Positions 8,934-19,518 of a stretch of DNA of 64,000 nucleotides are shown in pieces (the first letter of the stretch is position 1; every line of letters starts with the position of its first letter). The position numbers and the translations under genes were made by a program. A model generated the notes under the pieces. It was not told where the DNA came from. It made no database searches and worked only from the letters and a program-made list of their open reading frames with translations. The DNA is from an uncultured Clostridia bacterium (GTDB lineage: Bacteria > Bacillota > Clostridia > Christensenellales > Borkfalkiaceae), in the NCBI GenBank assembly GCA_947053655.1, contig CAMRTO010000006.1:867-64866 (forward strand), given 5' to 3'.

Positions 8934-9269
8934 TTAAACCTCTTCATTTTTGCACGCCGGCGGCGTATTTATTTCTTGATTTTCGGGTTTTTTAGCAGGG
9001 TCGTTGTAAATTCTCAATGCGGAATATATTTCCGTATCGAACACCTGCCTGCCGTCCTCGAATTTTGCGGCTATCGACTCCGCCTTTTCGGGAAGAAGCC
9101 TGAGGTGTTTGAGATTTTTCTTTTTAGGTGCGGCAAGCTTTTTAAAATTGCCGTCCACGACGCCCACACAGCTTTCGTTATAAACGTAACGTATTATATA
9201 ATATCTGTCTTTGTCTCTGCCCTGCGTACTTTGACATATTCCGCCGGGAACAGGGGTTTTAACTTTCAT
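8934..9269 (-). CDS. KOW-domain protein conserved between map and infA in Clostridia
   Basis: MKVKTPVPGGICQSTQGRDKDRYYIIRYV.., about 111 aa from the ATG at 9269 (the ORF-track start at 9275 is GTG). Sits in the map-infA position. Confidence 0.7.
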   Translation of the reverse strand: MKVKTPVPGGICQSTQGRDKDRYYIIRYVYNESCVGVVDGNFKKLAAPKKKNLKHLRLLPEKAESIAAKFEDGRQVFDTEIYSALRIYNDPAKKPENQEINTPPACKNEEV

Positions 9270-9282
9270 GAACACTCACCGT

Positions 9283-10029
9283 TTACAGCGTTAAAATTTC
9301 CACCCCGTCCTCTTTGATAAGAACGGTATTTTCATAGTGCGCGGCGGGCTTCAAATCCGCGGTGCGCACAGTCCAGCCGTCGCTTCTGTCGAACGTGACT
9401 TTATACGTCCCCATGTTTATCATCGGTTCTATACAAATGGTCATGCCCGCTTTCAGACGCATACCCGTGCCCTTTTTACCGTAATTGGGAACGGACGGAT
9501 CCTCGTGCATTTCTTTCCCTATACCGTGACCGGTAAGCGCGCGCACGACGCCGTAACCGTTTGCTTCCGCATGCGTTTGCACAGCGTAACCGATATCGAA
9601 AAGCGGCGTGCCGTCGCGTAAACCTTCGACAGCCTTGAAAAAGCACTCCTCGGTGACCTTTACAAGTCTTTTTTTATCTTCCGAAACGTTGCCTATCAAA
9701 AACGTCCTGCATGCGTCGCCGTGGTAACCGTTCTTTTCCGCGGTTATGTCGACGCTTACGATATCTCCGTCGAGAATTACTCTGTCGGAAGGTATTCCGT
9801 GAACAACGACTTCGTTTACCGAAACGCAGGAGCTTGCGGGATATCCCTGATATCCCAGCTCCGACGGATACGCCCCGCAGGAGGTTATATATCTGTAAAC
9901 AAGCTCGTCAACCTGCTTAGTGGTCATGCCTGCGCGGATATTTTTACCCACGAAATCAAGCGTTTCCTTTACGATGCGGCAACTTTCGCGCATCAGCGCT
10001 ATTTGATTTTCGTTTTTGAGAGTTACCAT
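9283..10029 (-). CDS. map: type I methionine aminopeptidase
   Basis: 248 aa with metal-ligand context DIVSVDITAEKNGYHGD, LTGHGIG and ICIEPMI. Confidence 0.95.
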   Translation of the reverse strand: MVTLKNENQIALMRESCRIVKETLDFVGKNIRAGMTTKQVDELVYRYITSCGAYPSELGYQGYPASSCVSVNEVVVHGIPSDRVILDGDIVSVDITAEKNGYHGDACRTFLIGNVSEDKKRLVKVTEECFFKAVEGLRDGTPLFDIGYAVQTHAEANGYGVVRALTGHGIGKEMHEDPSVPNYGKKGTGMRLKAGMTICIEPMINMGTYKVTFDRSDGWTVRTADLKPAAHYENTVLIKEDGVEILTL

Positions 10030-10030
10030 T

Positions 10031-10651
10031 TTAACCGAGCAATCCGCATACGGCGGCGAAAACCTCGTCCGGAGTTCTCGTACCGCACATTACGGTTTTC
10101 AATTTATTCTGCGCGCCGTAATAGGAAATCAGCGGAGCGGTCTGAATATTGTAGGTCGCAAGTCTTGCCTTCACCGTTTCGGGATTATCGTCCTCGCGCG
10201 CGTACAGCTTACCGCCGCATTTTGCACAGGTATCTTTGCCGTTAAGCGTAGAAATATGATAACTTGCCCCGCATGAGCAGACGCGCCTGCCGCATATTCT
10301 GTCTAAAAGAAGCGCTTCGTCCACGTCGATATTCAGACAAACGTCTATGTTTGCGAATTTATCGAGTTCGTGCGCCTGAATGAGATTGCGCGGAAACCCG
10401 TCGAGCACGTATCCCGCGGAAACGTCCTTCTTTTCAAGCCTTTGCCTGACAATTTCGCACGTTACCTCGTCCGGAACCAGCTTGCCCGCGTCTATATAAG
10501 ATTTGGCAACCTGACCTATGGGCGTATTGTCTTTGATATTGGCGCGGAAGATATCTCCCGTCGATATATGGACAAGTCCGTATTTTTCAGCAATCCTTAC
10601 AGCCTGCGTGCCTTTTCCCGCGCCCGGTGCGCCGAGTAAAACTATATTCAT
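10031..10651 (-). CDS. adk: adenylate kinase with a Cys4 zinc lid
   Basis: 206 aa, MNIVLLGAPGAGKGTQA, lid CSCGASYH...CAKCGGK. Confidence 0.95.
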   Translation of the reverse strand: MNIVLLGAPGAGKGTQAVRIAEKYGLVHISTGDIFRANIKDNTPIGQVAKSYIDAGKLVPDEVTCEIVRQRLEKKDVSAGYVLDGFPRNLIQAHELDKFANIDVCLNIDVDEALLLDRICGRRVCSCGASYHISTLNGKDTCAKCGGKLYAREDDNPETVKARLATYNIQTAPLISYYGAQNKLKTVMCGTRTPDEVFAAVCGLLG

Positions 10652-10653
10652 AA

Positions 10654-12021
10654 TTATTTAAGGAAACCCTTATAATTCTTCATCATCAGTTGCGATTCAA
10701 GTTGTTTGTCGAGTTCGAGCGCAACCGAAACTACTATCAAAATACCGGTCGTAGAGAATACGGAAAGAAGCGCGGTATCCGTGCCGAGGTTCAAGCTTGT
10801 GACTATCATTGAAAGGATAGAGGGTATGAACGCAACCAGCGACAGATAAATCGCTCCGAAAAGCGTAATTCTGTTCGAAATCTTTTTAAGATACTCCGCA
10901 GTAGGCTTGCCGGGTCTGAAACCCTGTATAAAGCCGCCGTTCTGCTGAATTGTCTTTGAAACGTCCTCCGGATTGAACTGCATCGACTGGTAGAAGAACG
11001 CGAAAGCAAATATCAAAGCGCACAACACTACCATGTAAATGAGCTGTCCGTACCAATAGGGCGACGAGCCGGAGAACCAGTTTGTTATGCCGGTTGCCGC
11101 GCCGCTGTCGGGCCAGAACAGACTTATTATCATCTGGGGGAACGAAATTATCGCGAAAGCGAATATAAGAGGCATAACTCCCGAGCCGGAAATTCTGATG
11201 GGAATTACCGACGACTGACCGCCGTACATTCTTCTTCCCTTGACCTGCTTTGCGTATTGTACGGGTACCCGCCTTTCCGAAAGGTCGACCGCGACAATTG
11301 CAATAAACTCCAACACAGTCAGTATTACGAAGCCCAAAACCTCCCAAAGTACCGAAGGGGTACCGGTAAACGCCGTAACGAATTTATCAACGATGGTAAG
11401 TCCCGCAGTGGAGAGAATACCTATGAAAATTATAAGCGAAATACCGTTGGAAATTCCGTACTCTGTAATTCTTTCGCCTATCCACATGACGAGCATTGCG
11501 CCCGCGGTATAAACAACCGTAAGGAAAATGCCCGCAAGCCACTTTGCGCCCGTGTCGCTTATGGCGCCTATCGCGCCGCCGCCGAACAGTGCAAGCTTCA
11601 AAGAGCCGCTTTGGATACCGAAGTTTACGACTATACCGACAGCCTGCGCTATGGCAAGCGCTATCGTAACGTAACGCGTAATCTGCGCTATCTTCTTCCT
11701 GCCCTCCTCGCCCTGCTTGGAAAGTCTTTCAAGCGCAGGGATACCTACGGTCAGAAGCTGCAGAATAATCGAAGCGTTGATATAAGGACTTATACCGAGA
11801 GCGAACAGCGTGGCGTTTTGTAACGAACCGCCGGTGATGTCCGACAGAATTTCAAGGAAGGAATAGCTTCCGTTGGTAATATAGTCTTTAAAAGTTTCGA
11901 CGGTTATGCCGGGTACCGGAATATAACAACCCAGTCTGAAAACAAGAAGGAGAGCAAGAGTTATCCAGATCTTCTTTCTTATTTCCTTAACCTTAAAACA
12001 ATTTTTTATTGTTTGAAACAT
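10654..12021 (-). CDS. secY: preprotein translocase subunit SecY
   Basis: 455 aa, multi-TM, ...LFALGISPYINASIILQLL..., located after rplO. Confidence 0.97.
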   Translation of the reverse strand: MFQTIKNCFKVKEIRKKIWITLALLLVFRLGCYIPVPGITVETFKDYITNGSYSFLEILSDITGGSLQNATLFALGISPYINASIILQLLTVGIPALERLSKQGEEGRKKIAQITRYVTIALAIAQAVGIVVNFGIQSGSLKLALFGGGAIGAISDTGAKWLAGIFLTVVYTAGAMLVMWIGERITEYGISNGISLIIFIGILSTAGLTIVDKFVTAFTGTPSVLWEVLGFVILTVLEFIAIVAVDLSERRVPVQYAKQVKGRRMYGGQSSVIPIRISGSGVMPLIFAFAIISFPQMIISLFWPDSGAATGITNWFSGSSPYWYGQLIYMVVLCALIFAFAFFYQSMQFNPEDVSKTIQQNGGFIQGFRPGKPTAEYLKKISNRITLFGAIYLSLVAFIPSILSMIVTSLNLGTDTALLSVFSTTGILIVVSVALELDKQLESQLMMKNYKGFLK

Positions 12022-12084
12022 AAATAATCTCCTCGCGCGGAAGCTTCATACAAAGCACCGCGACGGTTTCGGGTTTTAATTGCG

Positions 12085-12534
12085 TTATCCGACTATTTCG
12101 CAGGTGCCGCCGGCTTTTTCTATCGCAGCCTTGGCGCTTTCGGAAAATTTTGCCGCCTTTACGGTAAGAGCGACCTTCAACTCGCCCGTGCCGAGGACTT
12201 TGAGTCCCGCGGAATTTTTAACGTCTTTGGCGAGATTGTTTTCTTCCACATAAGCGAAGTCGACAACGGTGCCCTTTGCAAGCTTTTCAAGCTGGCTGAG
12301 ATTTATTATCGTATAGTGCGTAGCCCACTTGTTGTGGAATCCGCGTTTGGGTATACGCCTTGCGAGGGGCATCTGACCGCCTTCGAACCCGGGACGTACG
12401 CCGCCGCCGGAACGCGCCCACTGACCTTTATGTCCTTTACAGGACGTCTTTCCGTGACCGGAGCCTATGCCTCTGCCGAGTCTTTTTACGCGGGAGGTAG
12501 AGCCTTCCGCGGGCGATAAAGTATCTATTCTCAT
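12085..12534 (-). CDS. rplO: 50S ribosomal protein L15
   Basis: 149 aa, MRIDTLSPAEGSTSRVKRLGRGIGSGHGKTSCKGHKGQ. Confidence 0.95.
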   Translation of the reverse strand: MRIDTLSPAEGSTSRVKRLGRGIGSGHGKTSCKGHKGQWARSGGGVRPGFEGGQMPLARRIPKRGFHNKWATHYTIINLSQLEKLAKGTVVDFAYVEENNLAKDVKNSAGLKVLGTGELKVALTVKAAKFSESAKAAIEKAGGTCEIVG

Positions 12535-12538
12535 AACT

Positions 12539-12715
12539 TTACTCTCCCTTTTCTACTTTAAGAAGATATCCCGCTTTCTTGACCTGACCGAGAACGGCGG
12601 GTGATTCTTCAAAGGTTTTCGTCTGACCTATTTTTTTGAGACCCAATGCCTCAACGGTGGCCTTGACCGTTTTTGTTTCGTTAGAAACGCTTTTAATTAA
12701 AGTAACCTTAATCAT
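12539..12715 (-). CDS. rpmD: 50S ribosomal protein L30
   Basis: Found by hand (58 aa, below the ORF-track cutoff). MIKVTLIKSVSNETKTVKATVEALGLKKIGQTKTFEESPAVLGQVKKAGYLLKVEKGE, between rpsE and rplO. Confidence 0.85.
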   Translation of the reverse strand: MIKVTLIKSVSNETKTVKATVEALGLKKIGQTKTFEESPAVLGQVKKAGYLLKVEKGE

Positions 12716-12727
12716 GCCAGTCCTCCG

Positions 12728-13264
12728 TTATACAGTCAAATCTTCCACGTTTTTGCCGCGCGCGTTCGCAACGTCCTCGGGGGACATAAGCTCGAACAGT
12801 CCGCAAATAGCGGCTTTAACGCAGTTTATGGGATTGGAAGTACCGTGAGATTTCGTTCTTACGTCCTTAACGCCTGCCGCTTCCATAACCGCACGTACGG
12901 GGCCGCCGGCGATAACGCCGGTACCTTCGGACGCAGGCATCATGAGGACGGAGCCTCTGCCAAACGTGCCGAGCACGGTATGAGGAATGGAAGTGCCTTT
13001 AAGGCAAACCTTGCGCATGTTTTTCTTTGCCTGCGCGTTGGCTTTTTCGATAGCTTCGGGAACTTCCTTGGATTTACCCATTCCGTATCCTACCGAGCCT
13101 TTGCCGTCGCCGACAACCACAAGCGCCGCGAAGCGCATGTTTCTGCCGCCCTTTACGGTTTTGGTAACCCTGTTAACCTGAATGAGTTTTTTGATTAAGC
13201 CGTCGTCTTCCTGCTGTCTTCTTCTGTTATCTTTTCTTGCAGGTCTTTCTTTCTTTTCTTCCAT
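12728..13264 (-). CDS. rpsE: 30S ribosomal protein S5
   Basis: 178 aa, ...[38 protein letters not shown]. Confidence 0.96.
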   Translation of the reverse strand: MEEKKERPARKDNRRRQQEDDGLIKKLIQVNRVTKTVKGGRNMRFAALVVVGDGKGSVGYGMGKSKEVPEAIEKANAQAKKNMRKVCLKGTSIPHTVLGTFGRGSVLMMPASEGTGVIAGGPVRAVMEAAGVKDVRTKSHGTSNPINCVKAAICGLFELMSPEDVANARGKNVEDLTV

Positions 13265-13274
13265 AATAAGCTCC

Positions 13275-13643
13275 TTAGAAATTGAGTCCGGCTTCTCTCG
13301 CGCCGTCCGCTACCGCCTGAACACGACCCGTATAAAGGTATCCGCCCCTGTCGAAAACAACCTGTTTAACGCCGTTTTTGAGCGCCTTTTCCGCAACCGC
13401 CTTGCCTACTACCTTAGCCGCGTCGGTTTTGGTCATATCCTTTATGGCAGACTTAACGTCCTTTTCCATTGTGGAAGCGGAACAAAGCGTTACGCCTTTC
13501 GTATCGTCGATAACCTGAACATAAATATGGTTAAGACTTCTGTAAACGCTGAGTCTGGGCGTTTCCGCCGTTCCGAAAATCTTTTTTCTGACTCTCTCGT
13601 GGCGGCGCTGCCTTTCTTTATTTTTATCTATCTTATTAATCAT
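13275..13643 (-). CDS. rplR: 50S ribosomal protein L18
   Basis: 122 aa, ...[18 protein letters not shown]...[26 protein letters not shown]. Confidence 0.96.
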   Translation of the reverse strand: MINKIDKNKERQRRHERVRKKIFGTAETPRLSVYRSLNHIYVQVIDDTKGVTLCSASTMEKDVKSAIKDMTKTDAAKVVGKAVAEKALKNGVKQVVFDRGGYLYTGRVQAVADGAREAGLNF

Positions 13644-13656
13644 ATCTTTTTACCTC

Positions 13657-14205
13657 TTACTTCTTACCCTTGCCGCCGGTCTTGCCTTCCTTGCGCTCGA
13701 TTACTTCGTCGCTGTAAGCGATGCCGTAGCCGTGATAAGGTTCGGGTACTCTGAGTTCGCGAATGTTCGCGGCGGTCTGCCCGACAAGATTTTTGTCTAT
13801 GCCGGAAACCACTATTTCGTTGGGGCCGGGACATTCAAGCTTTACGCCGTTGGGCTCGGGGAAGTCTACGGGGTGCGAGAAGCCGATATTGAGAACGACC
13901 TTGTTGCCCTGTTTTGCAACCTTCCAGCCGACTCCGTTTACTTTAAGCGTTTTTTTGTATCCTTCCGTAACGCCCACAACCATGTTGTGTAAAAGCGCGC
14001 GGTAGAGTCCGTGTTTCGCGTCGGCGCCTTCTTTGTCTGCGGTTTTGATTACGTGCGCTTCCGCGCCCTCAACCTTAATATCTATATCGCCGACTACATT
14101 CTGCGTAAGCGTTCCCTTCGCGCCTTTTACGGTCAGAAGTCCGTTTTCAAACGTTATGGTAACGCCTGCGGGAACCGCTACGGGTAATTTACCTATTCTC
14201 GACAT
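13657..14205 (-). CDS. rplF: 50S ribosomal protein L6
   Basis: 182 aa, MSRIGKLPVAVPAGVTITFENGLLTVKGAKGTL. Confidence 0.96.
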   Translation of the reverse strand: MSRIGKLPVAVPAGVTITFENGLLTVKGAKGTLTQNVVGDIDIKVEGAEAHVIKTADKEGADAKHGLYRALLHNMVVGVTEGYKKTLKVNGVGWKVAKQGNKVVLNIGFSHPVDFPEPNGVKLECPGPNEIVVSGIDKNLVGQTAANIRELRVPEPYHGYGIAYSDEVIERKEGKTGGKGKK

Positions 14206-14220
14206 ATTTAAATTACCTCC

Positions 14221-14613
14221 TTACCAGACGTAGCAAAGCACTTCGCCGCCAACGTTTGCGGCTTTTGCCTGCCTGTCCGTCATTATTCCTTTGTTTGTGG
14301 AAAGTATTGCAACGCCAAGTCCGTTAAGAACCTTCGGCATATCTTCCACGCCGGAATAAGACCTGAGTCCGGGCTTGGATACCCGCTTTAATCCGTTTAT
14401 TACCGAGCGTTTTTTGCCGATATATTTAAGCGTGATGACAAGCTTACCGTTGTAACCGTCTTCTACGGTCTTTACGTCAGAAACGTAACCCTCGGCAAGC
14501 AATATGTCCGCAATTGCTTTCTTCATATTGGATGAGGGAACCTCAACCGTGTCTTTATTTACCATTATCGCATTTCTGATGCGTGTGAGCATATCCGCTA
14601 TAGGGTCTGTCAT
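14221..14613 (-). CDS. rpsH: 30S ribosomal protein S8
   Basis: 130 aa, [18 protein letters not shown]...GGEVLCYVW. Confidence 0.96.
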   Translation of the reverse strand: MTDPIADMLTRIRNAIMVNKDTVEVPSSNMKKAIADILLAEGYVSDVKTVEDGYNGKLVITLKYIGKKRSVINGLKRVSKPGLRSYSGVEDMPKVLNGLGVAILSTNKGIMTDRQAKAANVGGEVLCYVW

Positions 14614-14630
14614 AACTTATTACCTCCGTC

Positions 14631-14816
14631 TTACCAACTCGATTTCTTTACGCCGGGGATTTGTCCCTTGTAAGCAAGGTTTCTGAAACAGATACGGCAT
14701 ACTCCGTACTTTCTGAGAACTGCGTGCGGTCTGCCGCAAATGGAGCATCTCGTATACGCCCTCGTGGAGTATTTAGCAGGCTTTTGCTGCTTATTTATCA
14801 TTGCTTTCTTTGCCAT
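14631..14816 (-). CDS. rpsN: 30S ribosomal protein S14, short Z-type with a Cys4 zinc site
   Basis: 61 aa, ...[41 protein letters not shown]. Confidence 0.95.
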   Translation of the reverse strand: MAKKAMINKQQKPAKYSTRAYTRCSICGRPHAVLRKYGVCRICFRNLAYKGQIPGVKKSSW

Positions 14817-14826
14817 AATTCTCTCC

Positions 14827-15390
14827 TTACTTCTTGAAGGGCATACCCAGCGCCCTTAAAAGCTCTCTCGCTTCCTCGTCCGTTTTAGCGGTAGTAACGA
14901 AGCAAATGTCCATACCTCTTATCTTTTCAACCTGATCGTACTGGATTTCGGGGAAGATAAGCTGTTCCTTGACGCCCATGCAATAATTGCCTTTGCCGTC
15001 GAACGCTTCGGGAGAAACGCCGCGGAAGTCGCGCACTCTGGGTAAAGCGATGGAAACGAACTTGTCGTAAAATTCGTACATCATCTTGCCGCGAAGCGTA
15101 ACTTTAAGTCCTATAGTCATGCCCTCGCGCAGTTTGAAGTTTGCTACGGATTTTTTCGCTTTGCAGAGAACGGGTTGCTGACCCGCAATCTGTTTAAGTT
15201 CGTTCTGCGCCATCTGAATGGATTTTGCGTTGTCCTTTATGTCGCCCAGTCCCGAGCTTATTACTATCTTGACAAGCTTGGGAACCTGCATGGGGTTCTT
15301 ATAACCGAATTTTTTGATAAGGGCGGGAACTGCTTCCTTTTCGTAAGCTTCGCATACTCTGGAATTATAAACTTTTTCTTTCTTAGCCAT
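14827..15390 (-). CDS. rplE: 50S ribosomal protein L5
   Basis: 187 aa, ...[20 protein letters not shown]...[16 protein letters not shown]. Confidence 0.96.
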   Translation of the reverse strand: MAKKEKVYNSRVCEAYEKEAVPALIKKFGYKNPMQVPKLVKIVISSGLGDIKDNAKSIQMAQNELKQIAGQQPVLCKAKKSVANFKLREGMTIGLKVTLRGKMMYEFYDKFVSIALPRVRDFRGVSPEAFDGKGNYCMGVKEQLIFPEIQYDQVEKIRGMDICFVTTAKTDEEARELLRALGMPFKK

Positions 15391-15401
15391 TTTTCCGCTC
15401 C

Positions 15402-15836
15402 TTACTCTGCCTTATCGCCGTCGGGTGTTTCCGGCGTCGTTTCGGCTTCTTCTTTCTTGGCGCGCTTTCTTACGCGCTTCTTGGGTTCTTCCTTCTTGGC
15501 GCTCTTTGCAGCCTTGCCGCCGTAAGCTTTATCGAGTACCGCGCCGCATTTGGGGCAGACCCTTACTTTCTTTTCGCCTTCCAAACCGTGCTTTACACGG
15601 ATTGCTTTATCGCAGGAGGGGCATACCACCATAACGTTGGATACGTCGATGGGACCTTCAACGCTTACTATGGAAGAAACTTCGTTCGCCCTTCTCGCCT
15701 TCTTGGCTTTTTTGTGAATATTTACGCCTTCTACTGTTACCGTTGCGCTTTTGGGAGACGCGGCAATTACCTTGCCCTGCTTGCCCGCATACTTACCGGT
15801 GATAACCAAAACATTATCATTCAATTTTACGTTCAT
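15402..15836 (-). CDS. rplX: 50S ribosomal protein L24, extended form with a Cys4 motif and a Lys/Glu-rich tail
   Basis: 144 aa. KOW core [18 protein letters not shown], then [27 protein letters not shown] and the tail [37 protein letters not shown]. Confidence 0.9.
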   Translation of the reverse strand: MNVKLNDNVLVITGKYAGKQGKVIAASPKSATVTVEGVNIHKKAKKARRANEVSSIVSVEGPIDVSNVMVVCPSCDKAIRVKHGLEGEKKVRVCPKCGAVLDKAYGGKAAKSAKKEEPKKRVRKRAKKEEAETTPETPDGDKAE

Positions 15837-15852
15837 AGCTCTATCTCCTTAA

Positions 15853-16221
15853 TTACAGAACCTCGGGCGCGAGAGAAATTATCTTCATGTAATTTTTCTC
15901 TCTCAGCTCTCTTGCAATCGGTCCGAAGATACGCGTTCCGCGCGGCTCCTGATTGTTGCCGATTATTACCGCGGCATTGTCGTCGAACCTGATGTATGTG
16001 CCGTCCTCGCGCCTTATTCCTTTGGCGCTGCGCACTATTACCGCCTTGACTACCTCGCCCTTCTTGACCGCGCCGCCGGGGTTTGCGGTCTTAACCGAGC
16101 ATACGATAACGTCGCCTATGTTTGCGGTCTTTCTGAAAGATCCGCCTAACACCTTAATACACATAAGCTCTTTCGCGCCGCTGTTGTCCGCGGCTTTGAG
16201 CCTTGTCTGGGGTTGTATCAT
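15853..16221 (-). CDS. rplN: 50S ribosomal protein L14
   Basis: Canonical start [27 protein letters not shown] at ATG 16221. The ORF-track extension to 16311 is not L14-like. Confidence 0.93.
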   Translation of the reverse strand: MIQPQTRLKAADNSGAKELMCIKVLGGSFRKTANIGDVIVCSVKTANPGGAVKKGEVVKAVIVRSAKGIRREDGTYIRFDDNAAVIIGNNQEPRGTRIFGPIARELREKNYMKIISLAPEVL

Positions 16222-16421
16222 AAAAACTCTCCTATTTTTGAACTTACAACTTTTTTTACGCAGAGGATTGCGCCGCGCGCACATAAGCGAAGTGAGTGTT
16301 CCGCTCTCCATTGCGCGCCGGCAAACAATCTTGCCTTTATTTGCCTGTATTCGGTTTTAAATATACCGTCAAAACGAAGCGTGTGAACGTCAACGTTTTG
16401 CAAAGTACATACAAAGCCGGA

Positions 16422-16679
16422 TTATTTTGCCTTCTCGACGACTTCCGCCACGCGCCAGTTCTTATCCTTAGACAGCTTGCGCGTTTCCACTATCCTTACC
16501 GTATCGCCTTCGCCGCACTCGTTTTTCTCGTCGTGCGCCTTGAAACGCGTGGTCTTGGTTATGGTCTTTTTATAAAGAGGATGCTTTGCCTTTTCGGTTA
16601 CGGCTACTACGACCGTTTTATCCATTTTGTCCGAAACGACTATTCCTACTCTTTCCTTTCTGAGGTTTCTTTCTTCCAT
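16422..16679 (-). CDS. rpsQ: 30S ribosomal protein S17
   Basis: 85 aa, ...[21 protein letters not shown]...[13 protein letters not shown]. Confidence 0.95.
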   Translation of the reverse strand: MEERNLRKERVGIVVSDKMDKTVVVAVTEKAKHPLYKKTITKTTRFKAHDEKNECGEGDTVRIVETRKLSKDKNWRVAEVVEKAK

Positions 16680-16689
16680 TAGATACTCC

Positions 16690-16893
16690 TTACGCCTTTA
16701 ACTGTCTTGCGCGGATAACCGTATTGACGCGCGCGATATCCTTTTTAACAAGGTTTATCGACAGGGGGTTTTCAAGCTGTCCGCTTGCATGGCGGAAACG
16801 AAGATTGAAAAGCTCGGTCTTAAGCTCTTTGAGCTTTGCGTCGAGTTCTTCGTCGCTTAAATTGACTATTTCCTTAGCTTTCATTGGCTTCAC
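16690..16893 (-). CDS. rpmC: 50S ribosomal protein L29
   Basis: 67 aa, MK(P)[40 protein letters not shown]. The start could be 16884 instead. Overlaps the rplP stop. Confidence 0.93.
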   Translation of the reverse strand: MKPMKAKEIVNLSDEELDAKLKELKTELFNLRFRHASGQLENPLSINLVKKDIARVNTVIRARQLKA

Positions 16894-17308
16894 CGCCTTC
16901 GGTTTCTTTCTTTACGAATTTGCACTTAATGGGAAGCTTGTGGCTTGCAAGACGCATAGCCTCTCTTGCCACGTCCTCCGCAACGCCCGCCATTTCGAAC
17001 ATTACTCTGCCGGGTTTTACTATAGCTACCCAATATTCAACCGCGCCTTTACCGGAACCCATACGGGATTCCGCGGGGTGCTTTGTTATAGGCTTGTGGG
17101 GGAAAATGTCTATCCAGACCTTTCCGCCTCTCTTTATGAATCTCGTCATTGCAACACGGGCCGCTTCTATCTGACGGGAAGTAATCCTTGCGGGTTCCTC
17201 CGCAACAAGACCGTACTCGCCGTAAGCAATTTTATTGCCTTTCTGCGCGGAGCCTTTTATCTTGCCCCTGTGCTGTCTTCTTCTTTTAACTCTCTTGGGG
17301 ATTAACAT
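16874..17308 (-). CDS. rplP: 50S ribosomal protein L16
   Basis: 144 aa, [19 protein letters not shown]...[14 protein letters not shown]. Confidence 0.96.
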   Translation of the reverse strand: MLIPKRVKRRRQHRGKIKGSAQKGNKIAYGEYGLVAEEPARITSRQIEAARVAMTRFIKRGGKVWIDIFPHKPITKHPAESRMGSGKGAVEYWVAIVKPGRVMFEMAGVAEDVAREAMRLASHKLPIKCKFVKKETEGGEANES

Positions 17309-17309
17309 T

Positions 17310-17981
17310 TTACTCTTCTCCTCCGTCCGAGATTGTCAGCTTCTTCGCAGCGTCAAGCACTTCGCCTTTGTATATCCAGCACTTGATGCCGAGCACGCCG
17401 AAAGTGGTATGCGCTTCCGCGAAGCCGTAATCTATTTCCGCACGTATGGTCTGAAGGGGAATGGAACCGTCGTGATAGCTTTCGCTTCCTGCGATTTCCC
17501 TGCCGTCAAGCCTGCCGCTGACGGTGATTTTAACGCCCTTTACGCCGGTCTTTGCAACCTTTGCAATCTGCTGTTTTACAGCCCTTCTGTAAGATACGCG
17601 CTTTTCAAGCTGGGAAGCTACCGCCTCCGCAACAAGCTGTGCGTCCTGATCGATTTTTTCAACCTTTCTGACGTTGATTATTATTGCCTTGCCTTTCGTA
17701 AGCTTGGAAAGGTCTTTCTTGATTACCTCTATCTCGGAGCCGGCTTTGCCGATAAGCACGCCGGGACGTCCCGTGTAGATGCCTATTTCGACCTTGTTGG
17801 CCGCCCTTATGATAGTGATTTTGCTGATAGCGGCGTCATAATACTTCTTCTTGATAAAGGTACGGATATCGCTGTCCTCTTTGAGGTTGGCAGCGAAATT
17901 TTTCTTATCCGCGTACCACTGGGTATCCCAAGGGGTTATTATGCCGACTCTTAAACCGTGAGGATTAACTTTTTGTCCCAT
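17310..17981 (-). CDS. rpsC: 30S ribosomal protein S3
   Basis: 223 aa, [16 protein letters not shown]...WYA. Confidence 0.96.
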   Translation of the reverse strand: MGQKVNPHGLRVGIITPWDTQWYADKKNFAANLKEDSDIRTFIKKKYYDAAISKITIIRAANKVEIGIYTGRPGVLIGKAGSEIEVIKKDLSKLTKGKAIIINVRKVEKIDQDAQLVAEAVASQLEKRVSYRRAVKQQIAKVAKTGVKGVKITVSGRLDGREIAGSESYHDGSIPLQTIRAEIDYGFAEAHTTFGVLGIKCWIYKGEVLDAAKKLTISDGGEE

Positions 17982-17991
17982 ATTCTTCTCC

Positions 17992-18381
17992 TTAAACCTT
18001 CTTCGCGTCGAGTATTACGGTAACGTGGCTCGTTCTCTTTAAAATCGCATGTCCGCGTCCCTTGGAAACGGGTTGCATTCTCTTTAAATGAGGTCCGCCG
18101 TTTGCGAACGCCTCCGCTACTATAAGATCGCTTCTGTCCATGCCCTTGTTATGCTCTGCATTAGCTGCCGCAGACAAAAGCACTTTTTTAACTTCGTCGC
18201 TGCCGCCCTTGTTGCAATAAGTGAGTATCGCCTCGGCTTCGTCTACGGATTTACCGCGGATAAGCGCGAGCACCGTGCGCACTTTGTAAGGGGACAGTCT
18301 GAGATATTTTGCCGTTGCGTAAGGACGCTTATCCCCGTTGGCGGCAATTCTTTCTACCTTTTTATTCATATTGCTTGCCAT
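17992..18381 (-). CDS. rplV: 50S ribosomal protein L22
   Basis: 129 aa, ...ATAKYLRLSPYKVRTVLALIRGKSVDEAEAIL. Confidence 0.95.
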   Translation of the reverse strand: MASNMNKKVERIAANGDKRPYATAKYLRLSPYKVRTVLALIRGKSVDEAEAILTYCNKGGSDEVKKVLLSAAANAEHNKGMDRSDLIVAEAFANGGPHLKRMQPVSKGRGHAILKRTSHVTVILDAKKV

Positions 18382-18392
18382 AATAGTACTCC

Positions 18393-18665
18393 TTACTTCT
18401 TGGCGGTTTTAGCCGCGTGCCCCTTGAACGTTCTGGTGGGAGCGAACTCGCCGAGCTTGCAACCAACCATATCTTCGGTTATATATACGGGAACGTGCTT
18501 CCTTCCGTCGTAAACCGCTATAGTGTGTCCGACCATCTGGGGGAATATCGTTGTCGCGCGCGACCAGGTTTTAACGACCTTCTTCTCGCCGGCAGCGTTC
18601 ATCGCCTCGATTCTTGCCATAAGTCTACCTTCGGCATAAGGGCCTTTTTTAACGCTTCTTGACAT
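18393..18665 (-). CDS. rpsS: 30S ribosomal protein S19
   Basis: 90 aa, [12 protein letters not shown]...[38 protein letters not shown]. Confidence 0.96.
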   Translation of the reverse strand: MSRSVKKGPYAEGRLMARIEAMNAAGEKKVVKTWSRATTIFPQMVGHTIAVYDGRKHVPVYITEDMVGCKLGEFAPTRTFKGHAAKTAKK

Positions 18666-18678
18666 TGTCTATTCCTCC

Positions 18679-19506
18679 TTAATTGATTCTCTTTAATATG
18701 AATTTGGAAGTGGGGTTCTTCTTCTTTCTCGTCTTATAGCCGAGCGCAGGCTTGCCCCAAGGGGTCATAGGACCTGCATGGCCGACGGGCGATTTGCCTT
18801 CGCCGCCGCCGTGAGGGTGGTCGTTGGGGTTCATGACCGCGCCGCGGACGGTGGGCTTAATGCCGAGGTGACGGGTCTTGCCGGCTTTGCCGACGCGGAT
18901 GATCTCATGCTCGAGATTGCCGACCTGACCTATCGTCGCTTTGCACGTTACGGGAATGAGTCTCATTTCACCGGAAGGCATTTTGATTGTGGCGTAAGCG
19001 CCCTCTTTTGCCATTATCTGCGCGGAGATGCCCGCAGACCTTGCAATCTGCGCGCCCCTGCCGGGCTTCATTTCTATCGCGTGAACGACCGTACCTACGG
19101 GGATATCCGCAAGAGCGAGCGCGTTGCCCGCCTTGATGTCCGCGCCGGAGCCCGATACGACCTTATCGCCTACGTTAAGACCTACGGGAGCGAGAATATA
19201 TCTCTTTTCGCCGTCGGCATAAGCGAGGAGAGCTATGTGCGCAGACCTGTTGGGGTCGTACTGAATGCTCTTGACCGTCGCGGGGATACCGTCCTTATTG
19301 CGCTTGAAATCTATTATTCTGTATTTGATTCTGTTGCCGCCGCCGATGTGACGTACGGTTATTTTGCCCTGATTATTTCTTCCGCCCGACTTGCGCTTAT
19401 CGTGAAGCAAGCTTCTCTCGGGTTTGTCGCCCGAAAGCTCCGTATACGCGCTGACCGTCATGAAACGGCGTGCGGGGGAGGTCGGTTTATACCTTTTTAC
19501 TGCCAT
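18679..19506 (-). CDS. rplB: 50S ribosomal protein L2
   Basis: 275 aa, [18 protein letters not shown]...[16 protein letters not shown]. Confidence 0.97.
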   Translation of the reverse strand: MAVKRYKPTSPARRFMTVSAYTELSGDKPERSLLHDKRKSGGRNNQGKITVRHIGGGNRIKYRIIDFKRNKDGIPATVKSIQYDPNRSAHIALLAYADGEKRYILAPVGLNVGDKVVSGSGADIKAGNALALADIPVGTVVHAIEMKPGRGAQIARSAGISAQIMAKEGAYATIKMPSGEMRLIPVTCKATIGQVGNLEHEIIRVGKAGKTRHLGIKPTVRGAVMNPNDHPHGGGEGKSPVGHAGPMTPWGKPALGYKTRKKKNPTSKFILKRIN

Positions 19507-19518
19507 TTTCTTTTCTCC

